Assembly (NCBI GenBank): GCA_964035545.1 | Contig: OZ037767.1 | Location: 16,236,381-16,300,380 of the forward strand | DNA length: 64,000 bases | Origin: Bugula neritina | Taxonomy: Eukaryota > Animalia > Bryozoa | Direction of reading: 5' to 3' | Shown: piece by piece, positions 14,750 through 27,481 of the stretch | How the letters are laid out: each line of letters begins with the position of its first letter | Position numbering within the stretch: position 1 is the stretch's first letter | Translations under genes and position numbers: made by a program | Notes under the pieces: generated by a model | What the model was told of the DNA's origin: nothing | Seen by the model: the letters and a program-made list of their open reading frames with translations, nothing else | Databases searched by the model: none

Positions 14750-14905
14750 TTAACCAATCACATGCATCCGTTACTGCATTTGCTCAACCTGGTTACTTCT
14801 GAGACATAGGGCTCCTCCCAGGAGGTAGGGTTCTTCCCAGAGTAGTTGACCCAGTTTTACGTTGACCAATCAAATTCGAACACATTTGATTGTGACTATA
14901 AATAC
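14750..14905 (+). promoter_or_regulatory. Pol II promoter: CCAAT boxes plus TATA box
   Basis: AACCAATCA at ~14752, TGACCAATCA at ~14863, CTATAAATA at ~14896, about 80 bp before the ATG at 14981. Confidence 0.55.
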
Positions 14906-14980
14906 AGCAGTGTGTTCTGTTAAGGTTCAGTCTACAACTTATCTGTGTAGTACATCTGAATCTGAACTCTATTCTCCACA

Positions 14981-15903
14981 ATGAGTAGCAACAGCACATT
15001 TGGTGAGTGACTATGCATACAATACTTGTATTTTTATAATTTAATAAGCAACATTAAAGAGAATATTCTATCTTGAAATTTTGGAACTAAATTATATCTG
15101 TGAATAATTAAAAACATTTTCATCATTATAGTTGGAAAATCTTTTTTAATGTTTTTCTATTTTTAAAATGTATATACTATTAATAAGTTTTACGTAACTT
15201 TAGTTTAGCTTGCACAGCCTTTAAAACTTATTCTAATCTGATTATAATCTACAATCTAGTAATACTGCAAATTGATTGTAATATCACAGCTAACTCTTTC
15301 GGTACAAACTATTTGTTTAAATTAAAAATACTTGCTTAGTACTAAATTGCAGTGCAATTCAATAGTATATTACATAGTGGAGTACAAAATAGGATGCATA
15401 AAATTGCATAACACTTGACTTTAATTTCAGACATTAAAAAACTCCCTCCAAAAAAGCGATACATTCTTCCACCCGCACACATAGCAAGACAATATGTGGA
15501 GATAATCCAACCAGAACCATACTATGATTATAATGAGTAAGTACTGCTTTACTGCTCAGTCTTTCTGTTGTAACCAAAATTCTTAGTCGAACTGCTCTCT
15601 GATTACCAGATGAAATTTCTCCATACTGATCTGTCAGGTTTGTGTTTGCAGGGCTTAAATTAACAATAAAGGCATATATTTAGATATAAAAACATTCTAT
15701 GCAATCAGTAGTTCTATTAGATGATGGTGTAATTCTAAACTTTGACTGACAGAAGAGAAACTGTTATGAGTCTTCATATATTAATATCTGGATAATTATT
15801 ATTTTGTTATACTTTTAGAAATATGACAAGTTACCTCCAAGATGGTGGACTACATACATATTATGTAATAAACTCTGATACTCAGGTGAAAAGGGAGAGC
15901 TGA
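14981..15903 (+). CDS. Small three-exon gene or 5' half of an INSM/nerfin gene: MSSNSTF-DIKKLPPKKRYILPPAHIARQYVEIIQPEPYYDYN-ENMTSYLQDGGLHTYYVINSDTQ(VKRES*)
   Basis: ATG 14981. Exons 14981-15002 (G|GTGAGT), 15431-15536 (TTTCAG| .. GA|GTAAGT) and 15819-15885 (TTTTAG| .. CAG|GTGAAA) or on to TGA 15903. Phases 1 and 2 match with no stops. Preceded by CCAAT and TATA boxes. Not in the ORF track. Confidence 0.6.
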
Positions 15904-17090
15904 ATCTGCCACATGCTGATGAATTGAATTACTCAGCTTCCTGTATTTTATTAACTGATCTAAACAAGTTTCTTCAAGTGTAAAGTTAGCCGAATTGTCA
16001 AACAAGCATGTCAACATGATATTGATATCTATATAACTATATAACTATAATATAATAATGTATATAAATAGATGTACTATATTCTATTTTATTGTACGAT
16101 TTGAACTAATTAAACTATTTTATTATCTTGTATGCCAGGCGGGCTGAAATATAAATGTGACATTAATATATGTGCTTAAAAATGTATTTTATTTCATCTA
16201 AAAATAGATTGTAATTTTTATTTCCTGCCAAACAAGCAACTTACAGAAAATTTGAGTGAAAAAATCAGAGCTAAAAGTCTATTTCTGTAGTAGATTACAT
16301 AACATTTTAAAGACTGCTGCTTTAACCATATGTAGTAACTGCTTTGAATTCAGCAGCCATCAGTCTGTATATCTATAGTGTTAGCGAAGAATATTTTTAA
16401 TTTGCATGTATTGTTATTTTAACACACCCAGCTAAGACTTTCTCTACATATAACTGTGAAATTATAATTGCAGAATCAACACATGCCAATAGTAGTTATA
16501 ACCGCTAGTTATATTCAGTATTTTATATTTTGCTTGCTTAAATAATTATAAAGCAATTCTCACGCTAGTAAATTTTTACTGGTTTTATTCAGCTTTAACA
16601 GTACAAAAACCATATTTTGTCACTTATGCTGCCTATTTCTCTCCTAATAAACAAAAGTTTTGATTATTTTGGCATGGGCATGTTTCTTCAATGTTAAAGG
16701 TCTTTCAGGTAAAAGAAATTTAAGAGTTCAACAGTTTAATTTATTTACAGGCCAATGAATGAAAATTTCGTAATTACGTATCATAATTATTATGTAATAA
16801 AATCTACTCTCAAGAGACTCACATATTTGAAAAGCTGTATGATTGCTGGCCAATCTGTGAGGATTAAAAATTGAGAAACTCAGAAAGCTGAAAGTTAAAG
16901 CCTGTAAATATAAAGTTACATAATAGAGTAGCTGGTATTAGCTGGTAATTACAGTCAGTTTTGGTAAGTGCTGTGCATGTGAGCTAAGTCTATGGAATAT
17001 GCTCTACTTATACTAAATTTGGTCTCATAAACAAGTTTTCAGAGTTTAGGTTGTCTTCAACACAAAGAATAATTCACCAACCAATCTTAA
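15660..17090 (+). repeat. Diverged local repeat, homologous to ~5720-8180 and 28255-30090
   Basis: Shared blocks ATAAAGGCAT, GAGAGCTGAATCTGC, GTAGTAGATTACATAACA, ATAATTATTATGTAATAA and AGCTGGTAATTACAGTCAGTTT. Confidence 0.75.
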
Positions 17091-17959
17091 GCAGTATGAT
17101 GGCTGCAGCAAAAGTCATCAACTGAAGCCATCATATTAATAATTTAATTAATTGCTCCTTGCTTTATACATGCATAATATAATTATTATAACAAAACAAA
17201 TATCGACTTGTATTGTATATTATGTCTATCATATATGAGGTGCGTTTTTAGAAAGGGGGAATTTAATAGTAAGCATTATGGAAGGGGAGATGACGGTATG
17301 ACAAAGGCTTGGTATCACTGGGCTAAATGAACCATAAGAACTCTACCCTAGTATCACATTTCTTTGCCATCTTGATCTCAACTTGCCAGTTGAGAAAATT
17401 CAGGACTAATCAGAGATTCAATGATGTCCCTGAAGATGCTAGTGCTAAAAAGCTCACTTTATATGTAGTAAAAAAATTACATAATAGAAGTACAAAAAAA
17501 TAAAATGCAAGTGGTAGCTGACACTGAAGGTTACTAATAAGAAGCAAATTTCTTGTAAAGATTCTGCTACTAAAATGGAAATTGATGTTATCAGTATATT
17601 TGTAATCTGAAAATATACAGGATCAAAACTAAACATTTTCAAAGCGAAAACAGCTGTCAATTTATTTTTGTTCTGGGAATGCTTTGGCTTACAGAAAAGT
17701 TTGTTGTATTTAGGATGGTTAGTAATTATGATCTTACAAAATAGCGGCAAATATAAATAAAATCATTTATATTGTTATGAAATGAGCAGCGCCTTAGCGT
17801 CGGTAACGTATAATTATTGTTTACATCTCGTAACTAAGTAGCTAGCCGCCACAATTAACGATCCTTGACTCCGTCGCTAAAAAGTTTCATTTAATTTATT
17901 CAAAATACGTTTCCGCAATTTTTCGCTGCGCGAATGAAAAATCTATTTGCATGCAAATC

Positions 17960-18399
17960 CAGTGTGGTATATTAAGAGTGTTGCCATTAACAAATCTTAC
18001 GGAATCATATGGGCGCCATTATGCCGAGATTGGTACCGCGAGTTTATATAAGTTATAAGGGAAAAATTTTGCCACTTTTGTTATTTTATTTTTTTTCTAA
18101 TTTATGTGTACATTTTTTTTAATTTTTTTTATTGGTAAAGTTTTTAAACACATTTTTAATGCACATAAAATTAAAAGAAAAATTAAAACTCAATCATGCA
18201 CATAAATACAAAGCTATAAAGTTCAAGCTTCGCTGTGATTTTAATGTGAATATGAATTGAATAATGCTTGCAATAACCATTATACACAAAATACATTACA
18301 GTTGCTATAAATGTAAGACTAGTTAATTGGATGCAAATAAGCACGGTAATACTACTTAATTTATGCTATTTTTGAATTTTGTAGTAAATATTTGGCATG

Positions 18400-18493
<94 letters not shown>

Positions 18494-18970
18494 ATATTAT
18501 TATATATATATAATATATAATATTATTATATGTATATATATATATATATATTATATATAATATCATTATATATATAATGTATATAATTTAATATATAATA
18601 TAATAATATATTATATATGATATTATTATATATATAATATAATATATAATATAATAATATATTATATATATTATATATGATATTATTATATATATAATAT
18701 ATATATAATATATTATATAATATATTAATGCACAATATATTATTATAATATATATATATATATATATCATATATAATATAATATATAATATAATAATATA
18801 TTATACATGATATTATATATATATATAATATATATATAATATAATATATAATATAATAATATATAATATATTATTAAAAATTTATATATATTATATATAA
18901 TATTATTATACTTGTATAATATATATATAATATAATATAATATATAATATATAATAATATATAATATATT

Positions 18971-19009
<39 letters not shown>

Positions 19010-19903
19010 ATAATATAATATAATAATATATTTTATATGATATTATATATATATATAATATATATATAATATAATATAATAATATATTATATTATTATAT
19101 TATATAATATATTATTATAATATATATATTATATATAACATTATTATACTTGTATAATATATATATAATATAATATAATATATAATATATAATAATATAT
19201 AATATATTATTATAATATAATATATATATATTATAAATAATATAATATAATAATATATTTTATATGATATTATATATATATAATATATATATAATATAAT
19301 ATATAATATAATAATATATTATATTATTATATTATATAATATATTATTATAATATATATATATTATATATAATATTATTATACTTATATAATATATATAT
19401 AATATAACAATATATAACATAAAAATATATAATATATTATTATAATATATATATATATATATATAAATATATAATACATGCCGAATATTTACTACAAATT
19501 TCAAAAATAGCATAAATTAAATAGTATCACCGTGCCTATTTGCATCCAATTTACTAGTCTTACATTTATAGCAACTGTAACATATTTTGTGTAAAATGGT
19601 TATTGCAAGCATTTTTCAATTCATATTCACATTGTAATCACAGCGAAGCTTAAACTTTATAGCTTTGTATTTACGTGCATGATTAAGTTTTAATTTTTTT
19701 TAAAATTTTATATGTATTGAAAATATGTTTAAAAACTTTACCAATAAACAAAACTAAAAAAATGGACACATAATTTTAAAAATTAAAATAAAATCACAAA
19801 AGTGGCAAAATTTTTCCTTTATAACTTATATAAACTTGCGGTACCATTAGCGACATAATGATTTTTCATGGTTTAAAGTCAACACTCTTAATATACCACA
19901 CTG
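17960..19903. mobile_element. Non-autonomous hAT-type fold-back element (1944 bp) with ~450-bp inverted arms and a TA-rich core
   Basis: Termini CAGTGTGGTATATTAAGAGTGTTG..CAACACTCTTAATATACCACACTG; exact 8-bp TSD TGCAAATC at 17952-17959 and 19904-19911. Confidence 0.92.
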
Positions 19904-21537
19904 TGCAAATCAAGCAACATAATATTATTATTATTGTTCTCTCCTTACTATTATAGAGCCGACTTTTGTAGTTGAGTGACGCGTAATAATCCTTCTGCGC
20001 ATAGAACTTCCCCGTTATTTTTGGTTTTCTCCGTTACTAGTTGCCAAGTGTCCGACCAGTTTACTGACTGACACTATACACTATACTCTATAGACTCCCG
20101 TAGGGTGAGAACAGTCTGAGTCATATCATCATTTCTCAAATTAATCAGGTACTTTACTACTTACTATCCATAAGCATTAGATTTAGTATTGCAATTGGTT
20201 TTATTACCATGTCCCGTGTCCGCTCTCACTCAGCTATCACATTCACTGAGTATCAGCTATGACATTGACTATCATCATCATGATCATGAGATAAGTGATC
20301 ATCCTAAATTTATTTATAGTCATGACATAAGTGATAATCATAATGATAATCTACCTCACTCAATTTGAATATTAGAATATCTTACTACTGGCACTAGTCA
20401 GTTATTAATCTCAATGCATGGTAATCCGAATCGCTACATGTTATCATAATGATAATATTTAATAATATTAATAGCAACGGCATGACAAATGGGATGAACC
20501 TGAAATGATTTTTGCTTAGAGTTTATTATAAATATAGCCAAACATTATTCAGGCTAGCTTTAAAAGTAAAAACATAGCTGCAGCTATTGTAACCATCAAC
20601 CAACTAAAAGTTAACCCACAGTCAACATAATATGAATGAATAGCCATCAAAATAATATGAATATGATTATAGTTCTAAGCTCTGCATGAACAAACAAGGA
20701 AATATTATGATTAAATCTTAATAAAATCTGGATTCTTGACACTCAAACTTCTAAATGAGAAAATTGAATGACTTGCCTCTGACACGATAAGATAAGATAA
20801 TATGTCTGGACTAAACTGTGCATCTTAACAGCTTTATGTTCTCCAAATTGTTAATACAAAAAACTGGATAGCCAGAAGCTATATTCACATTGATATTTGT
20901 AAGAACCCCTTTGGAATGAATGCAATTGACTTCGAATTGACTTCGATGGTTAGTGATGATTGAAATAAATTGCAAGACAATAATTGGCTAGATATGGGTG
21001 TAGAAGCTGCCAACTCATGAAACAACTACACCTGACCTAACCGAAGCACCAACATGTTAAATTAGTATGTTTCACATCACCATAGTTTCTATTAGATGAT
21101 TAGAATAGAAAGCTAGCAGCTGATGGCAGTTTTCCTGGCTGATGGAAGGGTGGGTCTAAGTAAAATTTTTAAATAATGCATCACCAACACTGCAGAAATG
21201 TTAGAATGAGTTTTGTCATTTAGATTATTAACAAAACAAAGTATTTTCAACACCCAGCACAAAATATTTGATGAAATTATGTTTTCTCACACTACTATGT
21301 CCCCCCCCCCCCCGTTTAGTTTCTCACTCATGTTATACACTCCTTGCTATAGAATAGTTCAAAGTAGATCCTGGGAAGGAACAAAGTCTATCCTATGCTC
21401 AGGTGTGGACTCTTTCCCAGTAGTGTATCAAAATGCTCAGTTAGAAACAAATTATTATTGTGAGTTCTGGTGTAGTGTAGAATGTTATGCTAAGAGCATG
21501 TGTATCTTTTACAGAATTTCCTTATCATATAACCAAG

Positions 21538-24500
21538 ATGGCAGAATCCAGAGTTGTGAAAAAAAGACTAAACAATTTGTATCGCTGTGGGTACTGCTCA
21601 CAGTACTTCAACAAACTTGAAGATCCCAGAACTCTGCCCTGTCTGCATGTGTACTGCATGAGATGTTTGAAGACTGACATCGGTGGTAGGAAGGATCATA
21701 TCAGATGTGCTTATTGTAGGTGAGTTACAGTACATAACACAATATATCATGTCATAGGCTTGCATATGATTTTCTCACTATCATCTAGGAGTTGTCTGAT
21801 CTGTGTCTATGGAAAGCTAACGATACTGTATATTCTATGTGAACTCTGGTTAAAAAATTGTGGATAATGAATGTATTTTTGCTAATTATTTAAATCCAAT
21901 TTAAATGCTCTCACTTTTTGTACCTTCTACCCTCTATAATTTTATATAATAGAGTTTTGTTAATCATTGTAATTGAAGTCAAAGTTTTGGCATCTGAAAA
22001 GGTGTCTATTATTAAGTAATTTGCTTAGTAATTAACAATAAGTTCTCACTTTTATTAGCAGACAAAGTTTTAGCTAACAGTCTTTTTCTACTTCTCAGGT
22101 ATATCTGGTGTCTTCATGGATCGATTGATCTGAGACAGTGATTGTGTGATAGCCTGTGGTCTATATAATGAATGTGTGTTGATGAGTGATGAGTATCTAT
22201 TTGAGTATTTGTCAAGGACATAGCTGTGTGTGTGGATGGAGTATTTCATTACTTGAGACATCATATTATATTATACTTCCTGGTATACTAAACAGAGATA
22301 ACACACTGATTAATATATTGTAGGAAAGATCACTATGACATAACAGACCCCACTACTCTACCTGTCGCAAAGCATGGAGACCCGCTGGAATATAAATCTC
22401 CACCCAAACCTGCACCCATGCCTTGCGATGTTTGTAAAGATGGAACGGAAGCTGCCACATTCTGTGTCGACAGTCAAAAGAGGTTGTGTCAGCAGCATCA
22501 AGAAGTGAGTCTTTCTTGTATCATGTCTCAAGATTGGTTACTAAACCAGTTCTGGTTTGTGTGTAGAATATTATTGAAAAGAAATGTTGAGTCTGTGTGA
22601 CTTTTTATACTAAACACACAGTTTCACAGTGCAGTGAGTCAACTATGACAGACTTGTTGGTGAAAATACAACCAACTAAACTGTTGACCTTTATTATACA
22701 GACTCATAGAGAGCTGATGGGAGATAGACATCAGTTTATTGACATTGAGGTCTACAGAGCTTCTCCCCAAAGATATACTATAACTGAATGTGAACATCAT
22801 AAACAGGAACAGCTGACAGAAGTGTGTTCCAAGTGTCACCAGATATTCTGTATGAGATGTGATATGAGGACTGGCTGTAAGGATAAGACAGGTATTTACT
22901 TGCTGTTTCTATTTTTGTAGAAAGAAACTGGGAAATATTACACGAACCTGTTATTGATTATTTTATCTTTAAAATAAGTTATGTAACAGCAAAAGAGGCC
23001 GTAGGTTTTTTAGACTGAGTTGATATGAATATTGAAACGAGATCTTGTGAAAAAAATTAAAAAAGACACGCTAACGGCTAGAGGTGTTTGTCAGCATATT
23101 ACGGTTTGTGTGAGACAGAAGTGGATAGTGCAGGAGTTTATATTCTCACTGTTATGTTGAATATTCAGTATATTTCATCCTTCAAGTGTCTGTTTCCTTG
23201 ATAAGATGGTATAGACATAACTTTAACTCAGTGGTGTCCCACCTTTTTCAAACCATTCCGCCTTTTTATAAGTGTTTTCTATAAAGTTTCCCCCTTTTAA
23301 AAAACACTATTTTATATTTATAAAGAAAATCTGGGACAGGTTCTTTTCCCTAATAATTCTTTGAGTGTAAGAAAAGTCACTTAGTTTTTGACGACATGGA
23401 ACAGTGTCTGCAACAACTTCAGTTATTAGCTTTGAAAGCATTGATGCTGCTATTAAAAGCTGTGAGTTGATGATTAAACTCATTCATTTTAGATTCAGAT
23501 TTTTTAGTGGAGCAAATATATCTACTAGGTATGCAGTAAATTGTTTATAGGGATCAGTTTGACTGGCTGCAAAAAATTTCCTGTTGTTTTTTGCTTTAAA
23601 GAAACTTTTTAACCTGCATTCGTAGCAGGAGGGGTAGCAGCTAGGGTAGAGTGAATATTAGACACATGGATGTAGAAGTAAACTTAGATTATAGAGTGTT
23701 ATAGTGTGGATAAATAAGTGAACTAAATAAAACAAAGGTTTTATAGTTATACATATACATGTAACTTAGAATACAAGGGAAGCGCTTAGAGAGCTGGAAA
23801 AAACTGTGTGAATTTTTTAAAAATCAAAACCCCTTTTAAGCCCAAATTCTACACAAGGAGGAGCTCCCCTAAGGTTGGAGCTACTGCTTTAAATTTTCTA
23901 ACTACATTATTCCAAGTGCAGTGAATAATGAGCTAACCATGTGACATCTTTCTAGAATGTCCCTTTGTGTAAATTAGTGCTAGAGAAAGGTCAGCTATGA
24001 TCAACTCAGATAGCAATACTTGAGACAGAGTCCAACTGTTTAGTAATTACATAGTATGTGTATAGTGATACATCATCTACCTGTAGTCGCAGATAGTAGG
24101 TGTACAATATCATATCTAAAAGTATATTACTTTTATTAATAGTGTGATTTTATGTATACAGCAGAGACAGTAGCATTCCATGACTTGGCATCTTTGAGTG
24201 ATTTGTCTTGTGAGTTACGAGAAAGTCTGACTGGTGGAATAGAGACGCTGTCTGAGAAAGTTGCAGTGTTGAATGACATCTCAAAGGATGCCTGGAAAGA
24301 ACTGAGTAAAATAGAAGATGAAGTGCAGAAGATGGTTGCCAGAGTAAACGCTGTAGCTGATGCTCAGGTATGCTGACATGGTGATGTCATCTAATGTATT
24401 TCTGTTTGTCTGAAATTAGATTTTGCATTTGGTCTTTCAGTTGTAATCAAAAATGAATTTCATTTGTCATTGAAATTAACTGGCCATTAAAGCATTATCA

Positions 24501-27481
24501 TTCTGTGTACAAGTAGCAGTAGTCATTCATAACATGTTACTCAGTGCAGAGGAACCTGCATGTCAATACAGGTGACTCACTCATCCTTCTGCAACTGTCA
24601 ATCATTCAAACAGAGAGGTTGGCTATGTGAGTGATTGACAGGTGTCAGGAGGAGGAGACTAGTCACATTATGTACTAACTTTCTGCTGTGTATTATGAAG
24701 TGTCATTGTATTCTTAGTGGGTGATTTGTCACTTTCATTTCAAGTGTAGAGGTTGTGAGGTTCAGAGGTGGTTATCCTGTGTTACTATTTATTAGATAGA
24801 AAAGATTAGAAAGAGAGCTACAAACCTGAGGCTAGAAATATATGGATATTTGAAGAGCTGCACACAGATAGTGGATAATTATAGAATAGAGCTGGCCTTG
24901 AGTAAGACAATGGGCAGACAGTCTCTGCTGGACACAGTACAACATGCAGTTGATAAGTTCAATGGTGCAGGGATTGTGAGAGACTACAAAGAGATGAGTG
25001 GGAAGATGGAAAAGGCTACAGATATTGGTGTAATAGAGAAGTGTGTACTTCCAGACAGCATCTTAGTACCAACATGTAGGTCGAGTTTATAAATAGTAAC
25101 ACTAACTATATAAATAACCTTCTGCTTGTAATCAGTTAAATTGCTTTTATTGAATATTTGAATAGGAGAATAAAGAGAAGCCTCTGATAATTAGAAAAGT
25201 AGATAGAGTTTATTTATTAGAGAATTGAGTTTTGTTCTACTCTCACATTATGAGACATTTCTGCAGTGTTTCAGAGTTTATGATGTATAAGCCTCGGGCC
25301 ACACGGTGCGTTTTTTCGCATGCGAAAATTGAAATCACAAGTAGCAAAGGTGTCCACTGTAGCGTCAGTGATGCGTGATAAATAAAGCTTTCATTTTTAA
25401 TTTTCAATTTTCGCATGCAAAAATACGCACCGTGTGGCCCTAGGCTAAGTGAGCTGCTAAACTGTGTAATGCTGACCACCTGCTGTCAGTATTACCAAAA
25501 TATTCTCACTCAGACCTGTGCATCACGTAGCAACTTGTAGTAACTACAGACCGCTTGTATTTAAAACATCTTTTCATTTCAAGTTTGAAAAGCTGTTCCC
25601 ACCTCCTCGGGTGATGAGATTCTCAAGTTATAGAATTGTTATTTTGTTGTTGCAGACAGTGAAGACAGTCTGGGGCTGAAGCTGCTGCAGCCACCAGCTT
25701 CTCTACAGTTTGATGGACTTTCTGTACGTGACTGGTGTTACACAGTAAACATGTCAGCTGATGGACATCTTATGTGTTGGACACTACAAGGTGTAGAAGT
25801 AAGAAATGGAGACACTCTGGATACCATCAGCTCAGTGAAGAACACCAGCACTACAGAGTGGTGGGAGATAATCCAACCTGAAGGGGTGATCGTTGGCAGC
25901 TGGTATAACAAGAAGGAGAAAACAGCTGAAGTCTCACTTCTTGATCCGAACTCCTTTGAGAAGACTCGCTCTGTCTACAAGCTGTCAGTAAATGAGCCCT
26001 TCGCTTACTATAGAATAGCTCAGCACCTCTCTCTGGTGTATATTGTAGACTGGAGTGAGAAACAGCTGGTAGTCTGTAATCTAGTTGACAATAAAATACA
26101 GAAGTTCCCACTTCCTGGGATGAAGTACCCTCTACCTGTATGCATCCTCCCAGACTCAACTCTCCTCATAGGAGACTTTGCTGAAGGTGGTACAGTAAGA
26201 AGATATAAAGTGGAGAACACAACTCTCACTCTAATGTGGGAGTTCCCTCACATCTCACAGCCAACTGGTATTTCCTTTGATCCAACATCTGAACTGATTC
26301 ACATCTGTACATGGAGAGGACCTCTCCTCATCCTCTCACTTGAAGGTAAATACTCTGTTTATTATAGTAAGTTTAGTTATTTTATATATAATTATGCTGT
26401 AATAAATAATATATTTTATTAATTAACAGTAAACAACTTCCACTCATAAGATATATTATGATATTGTTCGTATATATCAAGTCAATGATGTGATTTTTAG
26501 CTAAAAGTTGTGTAATAAAGACTGTAACATGTTGATAGTAGATGTTACATTCTTCATCACATGACTTGTAGCTAATAATAATATTAGTGAATAATACTGC
26601 CTCCCTACAATAAGTTTATTTCCAGCTGCAGTAACATGCAGGATGTAAGCACAGGTAAAAGTGTATATTATATTGTATAGGTTTAAGGTGTACTCTGTGT
26701 AGTGTGCAGTGAGCTCTTAGTAAACTTTCCATTCAGTCTTCTATTTCAAGGGTTCACCTGGTAGTGTAGAAGAGAGGGACTCCACACTGCCAAGTGCTGC
26801 AAGGGGTTCAAACCCACCTATCAGCATGTCTATAGTTAGTATACTATGCAAGTGTTTTACAGTAATTTTAGAGGTGCTCAACCTAACAACTGTACAGACT
26901 GCCAGCTACATATGTGTTATGAGTTGTAGTTTGACTTCAGTCTAGTGCTGCTATTGTTTGGGTCATCAGATAATTTAAAGATAAATAGTTTAATACTTTT
27001 TGACCCGCCATTACTGAGACTATTGTAATTTGATGATGGCTGGTAGAGCAGTGTTTGCTGGTGGGACTCAGGTGGCTGTGGTTGGTTCTTGTCAAGTATT
27101 TAATATGTGTTAATGTTGGAGTAGCTGCAGTAGTAGTTAGAAATAGACATGCATGTGAGTGTGTTCTTGCTAAAGACCGCAGGCTAAGTTTGTGGGTCAA
27201 GGTCAATACGTTAGTATAATGATACACTATTTTCCGCTCTGTTTGAATATTTACTTCATGCATATAACCTGCTTAGTTTCATCTTTACAGGAAGTCTGTC
27301 TGTTTCTCTCAATGCCACCTGCTACAATATGATGTTATTATTTACAGGTCAACTGGTGCTCACAGTTCCCAGAGAAAGTCTTGGTGTGAGTGACAGGGTG
27401 TGGGAAATTGCTGTGTATAACAGAGACACAGTGTTTCTAGCATGTGGAGACGAACTGAGGAGATACACAATAAAATACTAA
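21538..27481 (+). CDS. TRIM-like E3 ligase copy 2 (RING, B-box1, B-box2, coiled coil, NHL-like beta-propeller), complete
   Basis: Exons 21538-21719 (caagATGg; C3HC4 RING CGYC..LPCLHVYCMRC..CAYCR), 22324-22504 (B-box1 CDVC..FCVDSQKRLCQQH), 22702-22891 (B-box2), 24162-24367, 24796-25075, 25656-26345 (propeller), 27348-27481 (TAA). All phases join. AATAAA at about 27773. Confidence 0.9.
25291..25445. mobile_element. PIF/Harbinger-type MITE, same family (155 bp, ~43-bp TIRs)
   Basis: TAA target-site duplication (25288-90 and 25446-48); empty site gatgtaTAAgtgagc at ~2897 in copy A. Confidence 0.9.

Noticed and set aside
15496-15516. GGAGATAATCCAACC (EIIQPE) shared with the TRIM propeller exon
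   Set aside because: About 15-bp match with no flanking homology; treated as chance.
17345-17435. Possible minus-strand first exon (caagATGGCAAAGAAATGTGAT..|GTAG)
   Set aside because: Weak donor and no downstream exons that I could join.
17425-17455. CTGAAGA as a second hammerhead core
   Set aside because: No stem II/GAAA/stem III arrangement follows.
18366-19513. I/Y-rich ORFs (also 28717-28980)
   Set aside because: Translations of (TA)n and AT-rich low-complexity DNA.
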